64,000 bases of DNA, from NCBI RefSeq assembly GCF_001194135.2, contig NC_068994.1:12908156-12972155 (forward strand), given 5' to 3'. The translations under genes and the position numbers were made by a program. This DNA is from Octopus bimaculoides. Taxonomy: Eukaryota. Shown here piece after piece: positions 36,700-52,299 of this stretch. The notes below the pieces were generated by a model, which made no database searches, was not told the origin of the DNA, and saw only the letters and a program-made list of their open reading frames with translations. Position 1 is the first letter of the stretch; each line of letters starts with the position of its first letter.

Positions 36700-37400
36700 T
36701 ATGCTGCTTGTGTAACAAAAGATAACATTTTGCATATGTCTGTATTCAATACAAAGAGCCAATGTGACATTCAGCATGCTTCAACAAGCTTACAACAATG
36801 AAGCAATGGGTCATACACAATGTTTCAAGCAGCATGGGTGCTTCAAAAGCAGAACATCCCTGGAAGATGATGAGCAATCTGGAAGACCTGCAATGAGCGT
36901 TACCCCAAGAAATGTGGTATTGTGCATTGAGAATTCAACCCCCAGAGCCAGACCATCAATTGGGAGTTCTGTATGACATTTTGAAGCATTTGAGGGAGGA
37001 CATTTAGTCAAAGTGACTGGATCTGTGGAGCAGGAAGAATTGCATTCTTCACTGAGCTCCCTTCATTTGTGAGTTTCTTGCCAAAAACAACATAGTATCA
37101 CTTTCACACCAGCCCTATTTGCCACATTTAGCACTTGTGGACTTCCATCTCATCCCAAAGATGGAAATGCATCTGAAAGGTTGCTGTTTTAACACTACTG
37201 TCAAGATCCAGAGCAAATCACTGAAGGTCCTCAACTCACTTACGGAAAACAACTTTTAGGCTGGATTCCAAAATTGGCAGGAACGCTAGGACCAGTGTAT
37301 TGCTGTGCCAAGTGAGTATTTTGAAGGAAATGTTAAAACTTAGGTAAATAAGTTATTTATTATTAAACATAACTAGTCCTGGAACATTTTGATACCACCT
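36700..37400 (+). mobile_element. Internally deleted mariner relic
   Basis: SLEDDEQSGRP (HTH region) and degenerate HQPY.P.LA..DF.L.PKM.M.LKG..F motifs; boundaries approximate. Confidence 0.75.
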
Positions 37401-40400
37401 GATACTGTCTCTTTTTCTATCCTGTTATTACATTTTTTTCTACTCCAGCTTTTCAGTCACATTGTCTTGAATGAATGAAGATAACAATAGAGAACTCTTC
37501 ACTCTTACTGAGTACAAAGTAACTTTACTAGTGCTGGTGCTATGATAAAATGCACTCAGTATACTTCTCAAGTGGTTGGCATTAGGAAGGGCATCTAGCA
37601 ATAGAGACAATGTAAAATTGGAATATATGAGCGATATGTAGTCCATGGCCTGTCTAAAAAGGACAGTAACTCCAAATAACTGGTTTGAGCCATTACTACT
37701 CATCTATCCATGCCATGATAGAAAATGGATGTAAAAAGAAGGATGGTGATGAATTAAGCTAATAAATGAGATTCATAGAGACCTAAAGCTTTGCCCTAAA
37801 GCAACAAAGTACCCGGATGAAACAGTCACAGAACAAAAAGATCTAGTGTTAGAATGAGATGAGGAAGATAAGTTTTCCAGTTTAGAGCACTTAGTGCACT
37901 TTGTAAAGTGGTTGGTCTAAGGAAGAGGATCTAATCATGCCAAAATGGAACACATGAGCAATATGTGGTTCCTGATTTCTCTAAAAGGACAGTAGCTTCA
38001 AATAATTGGCATTACAACTCATTTATCCATGCCATGAGGGAAAATGTACATAAAAGTAATGATGATGATGATAATGAGATTTTGCAACATAGATTCATGG
38101 AAACCTAGAGCTTTCTCAAAAATCAAAAAATGCCTGGATCTATCAACAAAGAAAGAAACAGTAGTTTATATTTCAGAACAGGTAGTATAATGACAAGTAG
38201 ACCGCTAATGAAACATATCAAATGAATTACATTTATGGACGAATCATTGAGTTACCAAGATAGCTAAACCTAAGATTGTTACCAATCTGGATGTCAAATC
38301 CAATGAAAATTATCATTTATTCAATCCATTTCAGATTTTTCTGGCAGTTCTCATAAGAAAAGTATTACATATAGCAAAGAAGTGGCAATGCAACAGTTAC
38401 CACACTCTTTAATTATTCCCCTCAAATTCTAGTAGATGCCAGCTGCCTACTAAATTATTTAATTCAGTTCAATTTATTGTTATTGTATAGAAAGGTAATG
38501 ATTAATCATATAACAGCTCAAATTGCAATAACAATACATATCAAGCATTAACATACAATAACATGCATACATACAATATTTAAATACTGTAATAATAATA
38601 ATAATACAATTAAAATAACATTATTACATTGAAGTACAAAAGATGATATAAGAATGGGAGTGATTTGGGGGCAGTTTCCATTACCAACTGCAGCCATTTG
38701 AAGCATGTAGCAACTATCATATATTTTAGTGCCAGTTGATAAGCATCTCTGAATAAAGGTTACTAGGTTTGGAACTGAATTGCTGATTTTATCAATGATC
38801 CATTTTCTAATAGAATATACATTAAAATGAGGAATAAAGATAATTTTTATGATGCAAACGGTAAAGAGTAGTATCAGTTACACTATAGAAAATAAAATTA
38901 GGATAATATAAGTAAAATTTGAAATCTGCAAACCATGAGCTAGGTCTGTTCTGCCGGACTTATAAAGTAAATCTGACATTCAGGGGGTGGGGGAGAAATG
39001 CAATGTATTAGACATGCTAATTGCTGTTTATGATATGATCAATGACACAAGCTGCATATAAATATGCAAGCTGATAACAGCAAGACGTGTGTGGAGCAAT
39101 CAAATAACTCCAATGGTTTTCAAGAGAACTGAAGACTAAACAAAGACAGTTGGACAGATGAAATATAATAGACTGATGCAACCGATGAAAGAGGCATAAA
39201 ATGATGATTAACATTGCTCATTAATTCACGAATGAATAAGCTATTTTAACTCCACTTAATATAACTTGTAAATCAAGAGGAGTAGAAATAGCCAAGCCCA
39301 GAATGTTTCAAAGTATTTAGTCTATTCTACCAAGTTCTGTGCTCAAATTTTACAAGTATCAACTTCGCCTTTAATTTCCCTAGTGTTGATAAAAGAAGGA
39401 TGTAATTGATAAATTATATTGCTTCCCTAAGAGCATTGACTTCAATCCAAGTAAAAAGAAACCAATATTGGATTGTAATTTTCTAAAAACTAATGAAAAC
39501 CACACTAAATGAGCATAGTTATTTAATAAAAGTGTTGCAGTAATCTCATTAGAGAGGAAATTTTGTAAGGACACAAAAGAATACATCCACAATTTGTTAC
39601 TATGCAATACAAAATAACCTATTTGTTTATATTATTGAAAAAAAATATCAATGAATGAGTTGATGAAATAAGTCAGTCTGAAACATTCCTGCAATGCAAT
39701 CATGTGGAGAAATATAAATCAATGTGATAAAATGTTTGGTTAATTTAATAAATTGATAAAAGGCATGACACTTTGGTGAACCTTTTAGTAGCTGAAATGT
39801 ACTCATATATGAAAGACTCATGAATGTTGATCAACCATGAAGAAGCCATTTTTAATTAGCCTTCCCTTTTGTTAAAATGTATAGCAGTAGCTTGGAGGAA
39901 TAATTATCACTGAAGCAAATTACAATTTTAAAAGGAAATAAAATCTATCTTGTTCCTAAGCTTAATTCCCCTTGTATCAAGAATCTACTAACATATTCCT
40001 CAATTTAAACAAAAAGAAAACAAGCCCACTGTCTTCCAAGAGCCCTTTTATAGAAGATGTATTCCTATTAGAACAGAAATTACTATTCTGCTTTCCATAT
40101 GAGGACACACTTCATTCTGGCTAGTCCTGAAAAATTTATTGTGTTCAACAATGCAGTAGGAATCTAGCAATCAGTTATTGTTTCAACTTAGGGTAAATTT
40201 CCCAGTAATTATTTACCACGTGCAAGATAGCCACAACAATCAAAGTAGTTTCTGCGTAATTGCTGAACCTATTGAAAACAAAACGAGGAAAAAAAAAAGG
40301 ATGCATTGGAAAATGTAGTCCTAGATATACAAAATATGGGATGGTCATGGCTGAAATGCTTTTGATCATAAAACTTGAGGAAGGATGAAAAGAAGCTAAA

Positions 40401-41429
40401 CAATACTCCATAGCAACACTTTCCTATCTGGAGTGTTTAATCTTGAAAGAATAGACATGGTTTCTTTTTATTAATGCCTCTCAGGTGTTCACAAAGGCAA
40501 CTTGCCATAAAAAAATATTTGTAGAAATTGACTGACACATTTTCTCAACCTAGTAAAACACTCCGAGTAAGTTCAAGCATTTGTGTATTTTTTTTTAAAT
40601 AGAACACTGCATGATGGAATTAGTCATTAAAATTTGAATTAGAAGTTTCTATCTGTAACAAGCTCCAAATTTAGGCTCACCGTTAACTTTCTCTTATCTG
40701 TTCTAATAGTACAATCTAGATAACCTAAAAGACTCGATATTTTAATTGTAGTCTATATGATTTAAAAAAATATTTAGTCAGCTGAAGAGCACCCATGATC
40801 CTTGCAAGTCTTCCTTGCTGAAGATTAATGCAGCTGATGTTCAGCTAAAACTTCTGAAGGCCAATACCTGCAGAAAAAAACTTGGACAAGGATGGATTCC
40901 AGAGAATTAATATCTCTGAAGTGTGAGGCATATGAGGATGACAAGAAGGTAAAAGATAATTACATTGGGTGAACTTAATAGAAAATGCTATACAGTTTGC
41001 TAAGTCAACAGATCAGAGACATCACTGAAATATTAGCTTAGTGAGAAGAAACAGCACACTGTGAGCCATTGGTTTGTAATAACAAGACAAAGCTGCTGGC
41101 TTCAGGGAAAAATCCTCTTTCCATTAACCTATAGACGTTTATATTTAACCCTGGATACTTACTTCATTAATGTGGGAAAGGCTGACAAGTTTATTGTTGC
41201 TGCTCTCTCCTCCTGTGACTAAAAGATTAGAATAAAAATTAGATGTAAGAGATTACATAAGACATTTATTACACTGAAAATATTTGAAGCTAAAAATGTC
41301 TATTATGTTAGTTATGTGCATATCCTATCATTTTAAAAGACATATTTACCAGCTGAAGTCATCCTGAATATAATAGGATAGAAAAGAAGATGAGATGGTC
41401 ATGGTTTGACTGCTGGTGAATATATATAA

Positions 41430-42330
41430 ATATATATAGAGTTAGGGATCTGTCATAAGGTAAAAGTTAGCAATGAGTATAGCAGTGAATTTAGTGTGCA
41501 GGTAGTAGTTCACCAAGAATAGGTTCTCAGTCCCCTCTTGTTTAACATAATCCTCCAGGCCATAACGGAGGAATTTAAGACTAGCTGCTCCTGAAAGCTC
41601 TTCTGTGCTAATGATCATATTCCTTTAACTGAGTCTCTACCAGAATTAGAAAACTTTCAGGTGTGGAGGCAAGGTCTAATATCAAAGTGCTTTGGAATTA
41701 ATTTAGCAGTGATCGATGTACTAGTAGTAGGAAGGCAAAAAAGATTACTAAACCCTTCAGGGAGATGACCCTACTTGATATGTAGAAAAGGTGTAGGTAG
41801 AAATTCCATATGGTGTACTCAGTGCAAGCTATGGGCACATAAGAGGTGCAGCAGCATCACAAGAAGGTTAACAGAGAAAGTAGTCTTTGTGTGTGGCAGA
41901 TACAATAAATACTAAGCATGAACAGGATATAGACTTTCCCAAATGTCTAGGGATATTCTTAGAAGTAAATAGTTTCTGTTACATGGGTGACCAAGTTAGC
42001 AGTGGAAGAGGATGCTCTGAAAGCATAGTTGCTAGAATAAGAACAGGCTGGGCAAAGTTCAGAGAGCTATTACTTTTGTTGGTAACAAAGGGCCTTTCCC
42101 TCAGAGTGAAAGGCAGACTATGATGCCTGTGTATGAACAGCTATGCTACGTGGCAATGAAATGGGTTGTGACTGCAGCAGCATCAGATGTAGTGTGCAAG
42201 AGAGAAAACTGTGCTGATATGGTCATGTGATGTGTATGGATGAGGACAGCCACACAAAGAAGTGTCAGTCTCTAACTGTAGAGGGAACCTGTGGAAGAGG
42301 TAGACCCAAGAAGATGTTGAACCTCACAAA
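41430..42330 (+). mobile_element. RTE-clade LINE reverse-transcriptase relic
   Basis: Frameshifted VHQ.SVLSPLLF.IILQAITEEFKT.C..LL.A.D (YADD region), F.Y.GD..SSG.GC.ES..ARIR.GWAKFRELL and GRGRPKK motifs. Confidence 0.85.
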
Positions 42331-43889
42331 GATGACGAGATCAGGACATCTGGCAATTCCCTCACATGCCTACTTGCAGACACTATATGCCCTCACATAT
42401 TTACCATAGTTGCCCCTCCCACTCGCTCTAATTTCTCTCACCATCACTTACTACAGTCATTTCTTCCTCACTTNNNNNNNNNNTCTAATTTCTCTCACCA
42501 TCACTTACTACAGTCATTTCTTCCTCACTTTATATTCACTCCTAATGTACCTTGTGGGTATATCCCAGTGCATTTCCAACACCATCTATTTCTTTCTCTC
42601 ACTGTCTGTTTCTCTATCTTTCTCTCTATCTCTCCTGCCTTTTCCTACTGGAGTAACCAAGTCTTTCCTCTATAGTAAGGTACCTTTCTCTATCCCTCTG
42701 TTAAACTTTAATCTCTCAACCAGCTTACAGCCACCTCTCCCAGCCAAGTGGTCCTTGTCTTGCAAGTTACTTGGCAGCTCCACTGGTGCTGATGTCATGT
42801 AAAAAGCACCCTGTAAAGTGGTTGGTATCAGGACAGGTATCCAGTCATAGAAACCATGCCAAAGCAGACATTAGAGTTTGGTGCAGTTCCCTGGTTTGCT
42901 AGCTCCTGCCAAACCATCCAACCCATGCTAGTATGGAAGACAGATGTTAAATGATGATGATGTGGATGATATATACATCAACATGGGAAAACACTGTCAG
43001 AGAAAAACAATTGTCTGCAAAATGAGCTCTAAGAACTCTATAAATATAAGTGCCTCACCAATTTTACAAAATACTCAGAAACAAAAAGAATATTCACAGA
43101 AACATCAGAAAGCTATGATTTTATAATCAATAACATCATCAACAAGAATAGAAACAATAAAACCTAGAATTCCATTATTATCTCCCTTCTGGGACTACAG
43201 GGTCACATACAACATATTTTTACAATAAAACAACTGTATTGAAAACACCCTATAGGACTAACAAAGTTCATCATAATGACATTCATATAGTAATAATTCA
43301 AGAAACACTCATTATATCTAAATATATTGCTTCATTTACATCATTAATTTAAGCATGTTTTCATTAATCTTAATGAGAAAGGCATGAAGGCACAATTTTA
43401 TTTACTCTCTCTTCTAAATTTGAGTTCTCACATCATCATAAAGCTTAATGTCTCTTTTTTTACCTGACTGAAATGGCTATGATTGGCTGAAGTTTAAATA
43501 TAATTGATGTTTAAACCGGTTGTTATTTCAGTTTAGGTGTGGTGATATTTTCTTTAATATGTGCACCTAGATCAATTAATTTATGATAAAAAAAAGAAAA
43601 AAAACACCACAATGCATATCTGTATGAAATAAAAAAAATAAAAAAAAGAATCTGACTCCATCTGCGTATATAATTCTACTTTCCTAAACAAACTTGTTCT
43701 TATTCACTTCAGATTTTGCAAGTGAATACAAATTAGTAACATTTTCTCAAATACATCTTTGAACTGAGTGAAATGTTACAACTGAGAACTGAAAGATAGT
43801 GTCACAGTTTATTACAATAACAAATTTTCCTAATTAGGCATGAAGCATTACAGTTAGCCACTACTAATAATAATTTACATAAAGGTAAA

Positions 43890-44620
43890 ACAGGAAAAAA
43901 GGATGAGGATTCTTTGGATTGATGCCTTAAGAGATATATGAACCTTCAGAACCTTCCGGTCCAGAGAACAAGGTGTCATCATTCCACTTTTCCCCTCCTT
44001 TGTACGGCCACACCTCGAATACTGCTGTCCCTTGTGGTCTCCCCATACAAAACAAAACATCTCGAAAATTGAATCCCCCCAGAGGGCACTCACTAAACAA
44101 ATTGAGGGCATGACTAATCTCAATTATTGGGACCACCTTAAAGCCTTGAAACTCTACTCTCTCCAGCGCCGCTGCAAGCAGTACATCATTTGTACGATGT
44201 GGAGAATATACAGCCAGCATTGCCCAAATGACCTGAACATTAGTTTCAAGGTTCATCCAAGGCTGGGACCATGGGCCATACATACCCTGCCCAGTTCAGG
44301 ATGGATCACAACATATAGGTACACTGTGACACAGTTTTTTTCCCTTAACAGGCCCTGCCCTGTTTAACATTGTCCCAAAACTGATCAAAGAGGAAAAGGA
44401 TCCCATCACCTTTAAATGGAGTCTGGATAGATTTCTTCAAGGAATATCAGACAAGCAACCCATACTTGGATACAACTTACTCAACAAGAACTCACTACTT
44501 GAATGGACCATAAACAAAACTTGACTTAAAAAGGATTTAGATAATCCTATCAGGTGGTGCTATTAAGTTAGACATGGCCTGGACCAATCTTTGATTGAAA
44601 CATATCTAAGTTTTATGAGA
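43890..44620 (+). mobile_element. CR1/L2-group LINE 3' relic
   Basis: FVRPHLEYCCPLWSPH.K..I.KIE..QR..TK.I.G...L.Y...LK.L.LYSL.RR motif, typical of the CR1 ORF2 C-terminus. Confidence 0.85.
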
Positions 44621-45770
44621 CAAAGAAGAACAACCAAAATGAAAACAGTATGAGAAAGATTTATATACTTAGGTTTTCTGCTTTTAAATTGGATTGTGAA
44701 ATGCTAAGATTGATAGAATCTTTTCACAAAATTACATTTAAAAGTTGCAGTAATAACTATTTGACATATCTTAAGATCAGTCAAGAAGGCAATATTTAAA
44801 TATCCAAATTTTCAGCTCTTCCAACAATATAAACAATGTAGTAATTAGGAAAATAAACTTAAATAATAAAAAAAAGAATCAAGAAAACAATATTCTCTAT
44901 TAATTACAGAAAACAATGCACCCTTGAAATTAAAAAAATGTAGTCTGTACACATATTGGTCTAAAATGAGTGTATATGTACATTTGCTTTTAAAACACAC
45001 ATTAGGTGATCCAATCAAATTAAACACTATATTTTGTGATATCCTTTTAATGGGCTTGGCTTTTAAAAAGTGTACATGTAAGTGAATCATAGAAAATGTG
45101 AGTGTGTGTGTACATGTGCTAGCAGTAATGTACAGTATTATGGGCGACTGCTGGTCTTCCATAAAGAACCTTTTCTGGATTTGTGCCTCAGAGGGTAACT
45201 TTCTAGGTGCAATCCCATTCATGACTGAAGGGAGTCCTTCTATAGTTAATGGTGTCATGATTGTCCATCAGACAGAGACTGTATCACACTAGCTCATTAC
45301 ATGTTGGAAGAGATTGCCAGTTGATTAAATCAACTGCAGTACTTGACTAGTACTTTACTTTATCAATCCAAAAGATGAAAGGCAAAGTTGACCTTGGCTG
45401 GATTTGAACAAGAACATATACAACCTATTTTGTTCAATACTCTTGAGATTCTGCATTCTACCAATCCATTACCATCCAACCCAATTAACAAACAATACAT
45501 ACAGAGGAAGTTGTGGGGGAAAATGCACACCCTATCAAATTAATTAAAACAAAAACCATCCAACTCAAGTCAGATAGAAGATGGATGTTCGAAGATAATG
45601 ATGTGACCATGACAGTTACTGACATATAGATCAATGTGTAATTTATGAAGATGTAATGGGGGGAAAAATGAGTAGCGCAAAAGGAGAGAAACAGGAAAGA
45701 ATGGTGTAAGAAAATAAGGAAAAAGTAAAAAGAAATCAGTTATTTCTCTGTCAGCTTAAGTAGAACTTGT

Positions 45771-45803
<33 letters not shown>

Positions 45804-47995
45804 CAGTTATAAAGAGATGATTGGGTCAATAATATCAGAAAAAAATTGATTGGACCATCTATTGCAATAAATAAATATATTTTTTTTACACATAAGTAAG
45901 TCTCATAGGGAAAGGATTGTTCAGTTACTCATGCATCTCTCAGGACATTTTATGAACTGGGTGAAATATTTCGGCTGCGAGCAGAAACAATGTCACTATC
46001 TCTTTGTATTTAGAAATTACTATCATGCACCATAACAACCATCACCACAACTACAAGTGAAAGATTAGCTGAGTTGAACATCATGCCTAGAGTCATACTT
46101 CTACTACCCTAAATAGCATGAAGCATAGGAAGAAAACAAGGTCATGTGAGATTCATGTCTTTATTAGAGATATAGATGATAGGAAACTGAAACAAGATTA
46201 CCAAATAAATACTCTTATAAAGGAGGTATTCTATTACTATTACACCTTTCCTGGGAGTATTCATCAATGTCATTAATGTTATTAATAAAGGTATTTTGTA
46301 ACTATGTAGATGTGCCAATCAAATGAATCTCAATATATTATTGGTACTTATAAAGAAGTAGAAATGTTAGCACACCAGGCAAAATGCTTAGTAGCATTTC
46401 ATCCATCTTTATGTCCAGAGATCTAATTCTGCAAAGGTCAACTTTGCCTTTCATCCTTCTGGGGCCAATAAAGTAAGTACCAGTTGTATACTGGGTGGAT
46501 GTTCTTGACTTTACCCACACTCCTGAAATTGCTGGCTTTGTGCCCAGATTTGAAAATAATATATTGGTACTTATTCAATTTATATGTCCCTCCTATACAC
46601 ACAATGAAGGATGAAAGACAAAGCATTCTTAATGGGATTCAAAATAAAATTGGCATTAAATATGATAAATTGCATAGTGTTCTTGTATTTTCACCAACTC
46701 CCAGCTTCTCCTTAATAATAATAATGATTTATGACACAAGTATATATAAATTGATATAAATGTTATGGGGTGATATAGTTGATTCAATTGATTCTTATAT
46801 TTTATCTTATTGCTCCACCCCAGCCAGAAAGATGAAAGGCAGAGTTATCTTGGGCAAGAATTTGAACACAGAATGTAAAAAAATAATTAAATATCCCAAA
46901 CAATTTTGTCTGCTGCTCCACCAATTTTTTCCAATCCACTGCATAAATAATAATAATAATAATGATGATAATAATAATGACAACAACAGAAGAAGGAGGA
47001 GGAAGCTGGTTGGAGGTTAGGTAGGATGGAGAGAAAGCGAGAAGGGTGTGGCTGTTCTGGGAAGTGTTTGAGCCATTGAAAAATAAAAGCAATGTTAACC
47101 ATAGTAGGCTTAGGACCAAGAGTGCAATTAAATACTGTTATGTATTTTGCCTGATGATCTACCAATTCTGTTATCCCAATAATGCATAATTATAAGTCAA
47201 TTTACAGAGCTATGTAACAGTTGATAATTAGTTTTAAGTTGTGTTAGGTTTTGTTTTTTGCCTTGATTTTCACTCGTTAGGAATATACTTTTATATACAT
47301 GATACATTATTAATATACATTTAGAAAGAAATGAGCATCCAATTTTCCTTCTCTACTAATTCAGCATATTATGTCTAATAAAAAATGCTGTGTTCATGGT
47401 GAGGCAGTGGGTAATGATTGTGATAGTTGTGAGGTGAGGATGGTGATTTTGTTGGTTGTGAGGTGGATGTACTGGTTGTGGTGGCACATCAACCCCAGTA
47501 ATTCTTTAATCAACTGATGTCTATTCTATTGACCATAGAAGGATGAAAGTGCAAGGTGAACCTGCAGCGAAAGTAAGTGATGGTGGAGCGAATGATTGGT
47601 AGAAAAGATTGTGGTGGTGATAGCGATACTGGTAATGCCAGCACTGAGGTAGTCTTTACCACATACTGACGTAGTGGTTTCAATATCAGAATGAAAATAA
47701 TGGTTGACATAGGAATTATAATACTTTTTCATTTTGATTCAGATTAATAAATAATGAAATATCAAAGAAATAACAAAGACACACTACCATGAAAGACAGA
47801 AAGACAAACAAAAGTGATACAACAACAAAACTAAACAGGAACCAAGATCATTAAAATATTAAAAAAAAAACTAAATCATGCAGAAATGTTTATTCAGTGT
47901 GATTTAGTGTCAAGGATAAGCATAAGGGGATGACTATACACAAAAATGTCAGCATATTATACAAAACACATACACAAGTAGTGTGTGCGTGTGTG

Positions 47996-48114
<119 letters not shown>

Positions 48115-49949
48115 AGGCACAGGAGTCACTGTGTGGTAAGAAGCTTGCTTCCCAACCACATGGTTCCAGGTTCAGTATCACTGCATGGTACCTTGGGCAA
48201 GTGTCTTCTATATCCTCGGGCCGACCAAAGCCTTGGGAGATTGAAACTGAAAGAAGCCTGTATGTATTTGTGTCCCCCCCGCCCCCGCCATCATCGCTTG
48301 ACAACTGATGTTGGTGTATTTATGTCCCCGTAACTTAGTTGGGCAAAAGAGACTGATAGAATAAGTACTAAGCTTACAAAGAATAAGTACTGGGTTTGAT
48401 TTGTTTGACTGAAGGTGGTGCTCCAGTATGGCCACAATCAAATGACAAACAAGTAAAAGAATATATATATATAATTGTTATTATCATCATCAACGTTTTA
48501 ATGTACACATCTTCATGCTTGCATAGGTCAGGGAGAATTTGTTAAAGCAGGTTTTTATGGCTTGGTACACTTCCTGCTGTCAACCCTCATCATATCCAAA
48601 CAAGGTAATATTTCCTTTTGACCAGACATATTTTCGACAAAAGACTGGAAATCAACAATATCACTAGTATGACGATTTTTTACTATCATCATGTGATGTC
48701 AAAAGTAATGCATACACAGACACGCATATACACATGATGGGCTTCTTCCAGATTTTATCTAACAAATCCCCACATAAGACTTTGGTTAACCCAGGACTAC
48801 AGCAGAAAGCCCTTGCTCATGGTGCTGTGCAGTGTGACTGAATACAAACTCACATGGTTAGGAAGAAAGCTTCTTAACTAAACAGCTATGTATGAGCTTA
48901 TTCTATATGCAAACACACACATCTGTGTATGTATGCGAAATTGNNNNNNNNNNCATCATCATCATCATTTAATGTCCATTTTCCATGCTGGCATGGGTTG
49001 GACTGTTTCATTTGAAAACTGGTAAGCTGGGGAGCTGAGCTGCACCAGGTTCCAATCTGATCTGGCATGGTATCTTACAGCTGGATGCCCTTCCTGATGC
49101 CAACCACTCCACAGAGTGTACTGGGTGCCAGTTACAAAACACCAACATCAGCCATGATTAGCAATTCAGTAATTCACTTAGTTTGACAGGTCTTCTTCTC
49201 AAGCACAGTACATTGCTAAAGGTCTCAGTCACTTGTCACTGCTTTTTATGTGCCACCAGCATGGGTGCCAGTTGCAGGTGCCACCACTGCCAGCTACTGT
49301 TACGTCCACCATTTATTCACTGCTACCTCTGTTGCCACCACCAATGTCACTATTTAACTTCACTCTTACCATCGCCATCACAATCACCACCACTACCACC
49401 ACCACCACCATAAAAACTACCCAGTACACTCTGTAAAATGGTTGGTGTTAGGAGCAGCATCAAGCCATAGAAACCATACCAAAAAGGACAATTAGAGCCT
49501 GGTGCAGCTTGTCAAACCGTCCAACCCATACCAGCATGGAAAACGGATGTTAGAGTATGATGATGATGATGAAGATATTTACCCAAAGCGCCACACCACG
49601 TTAGTGTGCTAACTTTACAATTAGTGTGGACATTTAACGTGAATAAATGAAACCCACTGCGTCACAAGTTGTTGTTTTAGCTATTTAACCCCAGATCAGC
49701 AATGCCCACACAATCTTATACTCAAATGCATTTCAGCTGCGACCAGCTTGTTTTTTTTTTGTTAATTTTTTTCTTTCTCACTTTCTGGAAGAAATTGGAT
49801 TTGGTCAGACATGGATACAGAGATGGGCTTTATCTGCTTATGATGCCTAAAAATGCCACCAAACGTACACAGTAATGATATATACACACACATATATATA
49901 CATACATATACACACACATACATACATATATACACACACACACATATAT

Positions 49950-49986
<37 letters not shown>

Positions 49987-50056
49987 TATATATACACACA
50001 CACACATATATACACACACACACATATATATATATACACACACACATACACATATG

Positions 50057-50088
<32 letters not shown>

Positions 50089-52264
50089 TATATNNNNNNN
50101 NNNNNNNNNNNNNNNNNNNNNNNNNNNNNNNNNNNNNNNNNNNNNNNNNNNNNNNNNNNNNNNNNNNNNNNNNNNNNNNNNNNNNNNNNNNNNNNNNNNN
50201 NNNNNNNNNNNNNNNNNNNNNNNNNNNNNNNNNNNNNNNNNNNNNNNNNNNNNNNNNNNNNNNNNNNNNNNNNNNNNNNNNNNNNNNNNNNNNNNNNNNN
50301 NNNNNNNNNNNNNNGAACATATCCAATAGGTGAGTATGATTTGGGATAAATTTTGGCTGCTATGCAGGTTCAGCGACTGCGAATTGGTTCCTTAGATGGA
50401 TGTTCTCAAGGATTTAGAACTTTCTTTTGACTTCTGTCATAGCAACAAAGTGGGTGAAAAGTGTAATGAACGGGTGGTAGACAATACGTGTTCTAGATGT
50501 GCATTTGTGCAGGGAAAACTGTAAAATAATGTTAGTTCAGATTGGGGAACTTTGATGTTTATAACTTCGGCCGCCAACACTTTTTTTCTGCAAAATAGGG
50601 GTAGCTTATCCTGTTCAGGCTATATTATTAGCATTATCCTGCGTTTGAGAATTTAAAATCACTTCTTTAAATTAAATTAAGTATTACGGGTCTGTACAAC
50701 CAACATACTGGGAGACAAACGAACAAAGCAACCTCTACGCAGTCAATCTACCTGTAAGAAATAGCAGCTAAACCTTCGACTCATACTCTACCGTCGTGGG
50801 AAAATGAAGACATCGAATAATGTAGTCCTAGATACATTGTCTGAATAAAAGACGGCGTGGTCAATGGTAGATAGCCTTTATTTTTGGTCTGCTCGATTAG
50901 AACAGAAAAAAAAAGGCATGGAGATGTTGACATGGGAGATGTTGACGAGACTATGATGTTATGAAGACTATAATGTTATGAATGTAACTATAAGTGGTGT
51001 GCCAGTTTCTCGTCTCTGTTGGAACCACGACTTTGTACATTGTTAGTGTTCTTACGAAATAAGGCGGGGAGCCGACAAAATCGTCAGCACGTCGGACAAA
51101 ATGCTTAACGGTATTTCTTCCGACTCTTTACCATCTGAATTCAAATCCGTCAACTTTGCCTTTCATTATTTCGGGGTCGATGCAACAAGTATTAGAGTTA
51201 GTTGAAAAATTCCAATCCTTGTGCCTACTGTAAAAATAAAATTTTAAAAAACTATCTTATAAAATGCACGAACATCACAGCACAACTTCCCATTTACCCT
51301 CCGGTAAATTTATTGATAATTCATGTTTATATAAGAAACAACACACATTTTATTTCACATATTTAGGTTGCGACACCGGAATTTGTTGATAGCCCTTTGG
51401 CCTAATTAATAGTAAACTTTTAAGAGAAGAAGGGGAAAAACTTCTTGTTATTATATTTCACCTGATTTTGTTGGGATTATATCTCCAAATATTGTCTAAT
51501 TCAAGGTATGTCTTTTGGCATCGATATTTAAACACACACACAAACATATACGTCTGTGACTAGCACACACGCATATAGATAACTAAGTCTACTTGAATAT
51601 ATTCTACATTTACTCTGTATGTGCGTGTGTGTGTCTGTGAATGAACACGTATTTGTAAGAGTCTCATGATAACTGCTCCGATATATATATATTTCGTGGA
51701 CTTGTATTCTATTTTTAATCGATTGGATCTCTAGAGCCGTACACGCCCTTAGACCGAAATTGTTACAAGAATCCTCCCATCGAGATGTCACTTTGCTTAA
51801 CTAGTAGATAAATACTATTAATGTAACATTGTAGGCATTCATATTCAACATCATTTATACATGTGTGTGTGTTATCAGTTAGTTGTCCGTAAGTCCGAAC
51901 GAAAGCACACTCTAAAAGAAAAACAGTGGCGATTATATTTTTATATTAGCAAGCAGTATATTCCTGGTTATGGCATATATAACTGATCAGAATGTTATCG
52001 ATGGTTTCATGCCTACCAAGTGCAATAGTCGGTGAGCAACCGTCAGGAATTTTCTCACAAGTTATATGCTATAACCAGGAATATACTCCTCGACGTGCAG
52101 TTACGTAACTGTGCTGTTATTTAATATCCGCTTATCTAATACCCAGTGCGAAACTGATCGGCTGAAATGGATCTATAATATTATAGACTTTGATTAATAC
52201 ACTTACTGTATTGACAAATATATGTGTGCATAATTTACTGGCCTATGGACTCTTTAAACGATTT

Positions 52265-52299
<35 letters not shown>

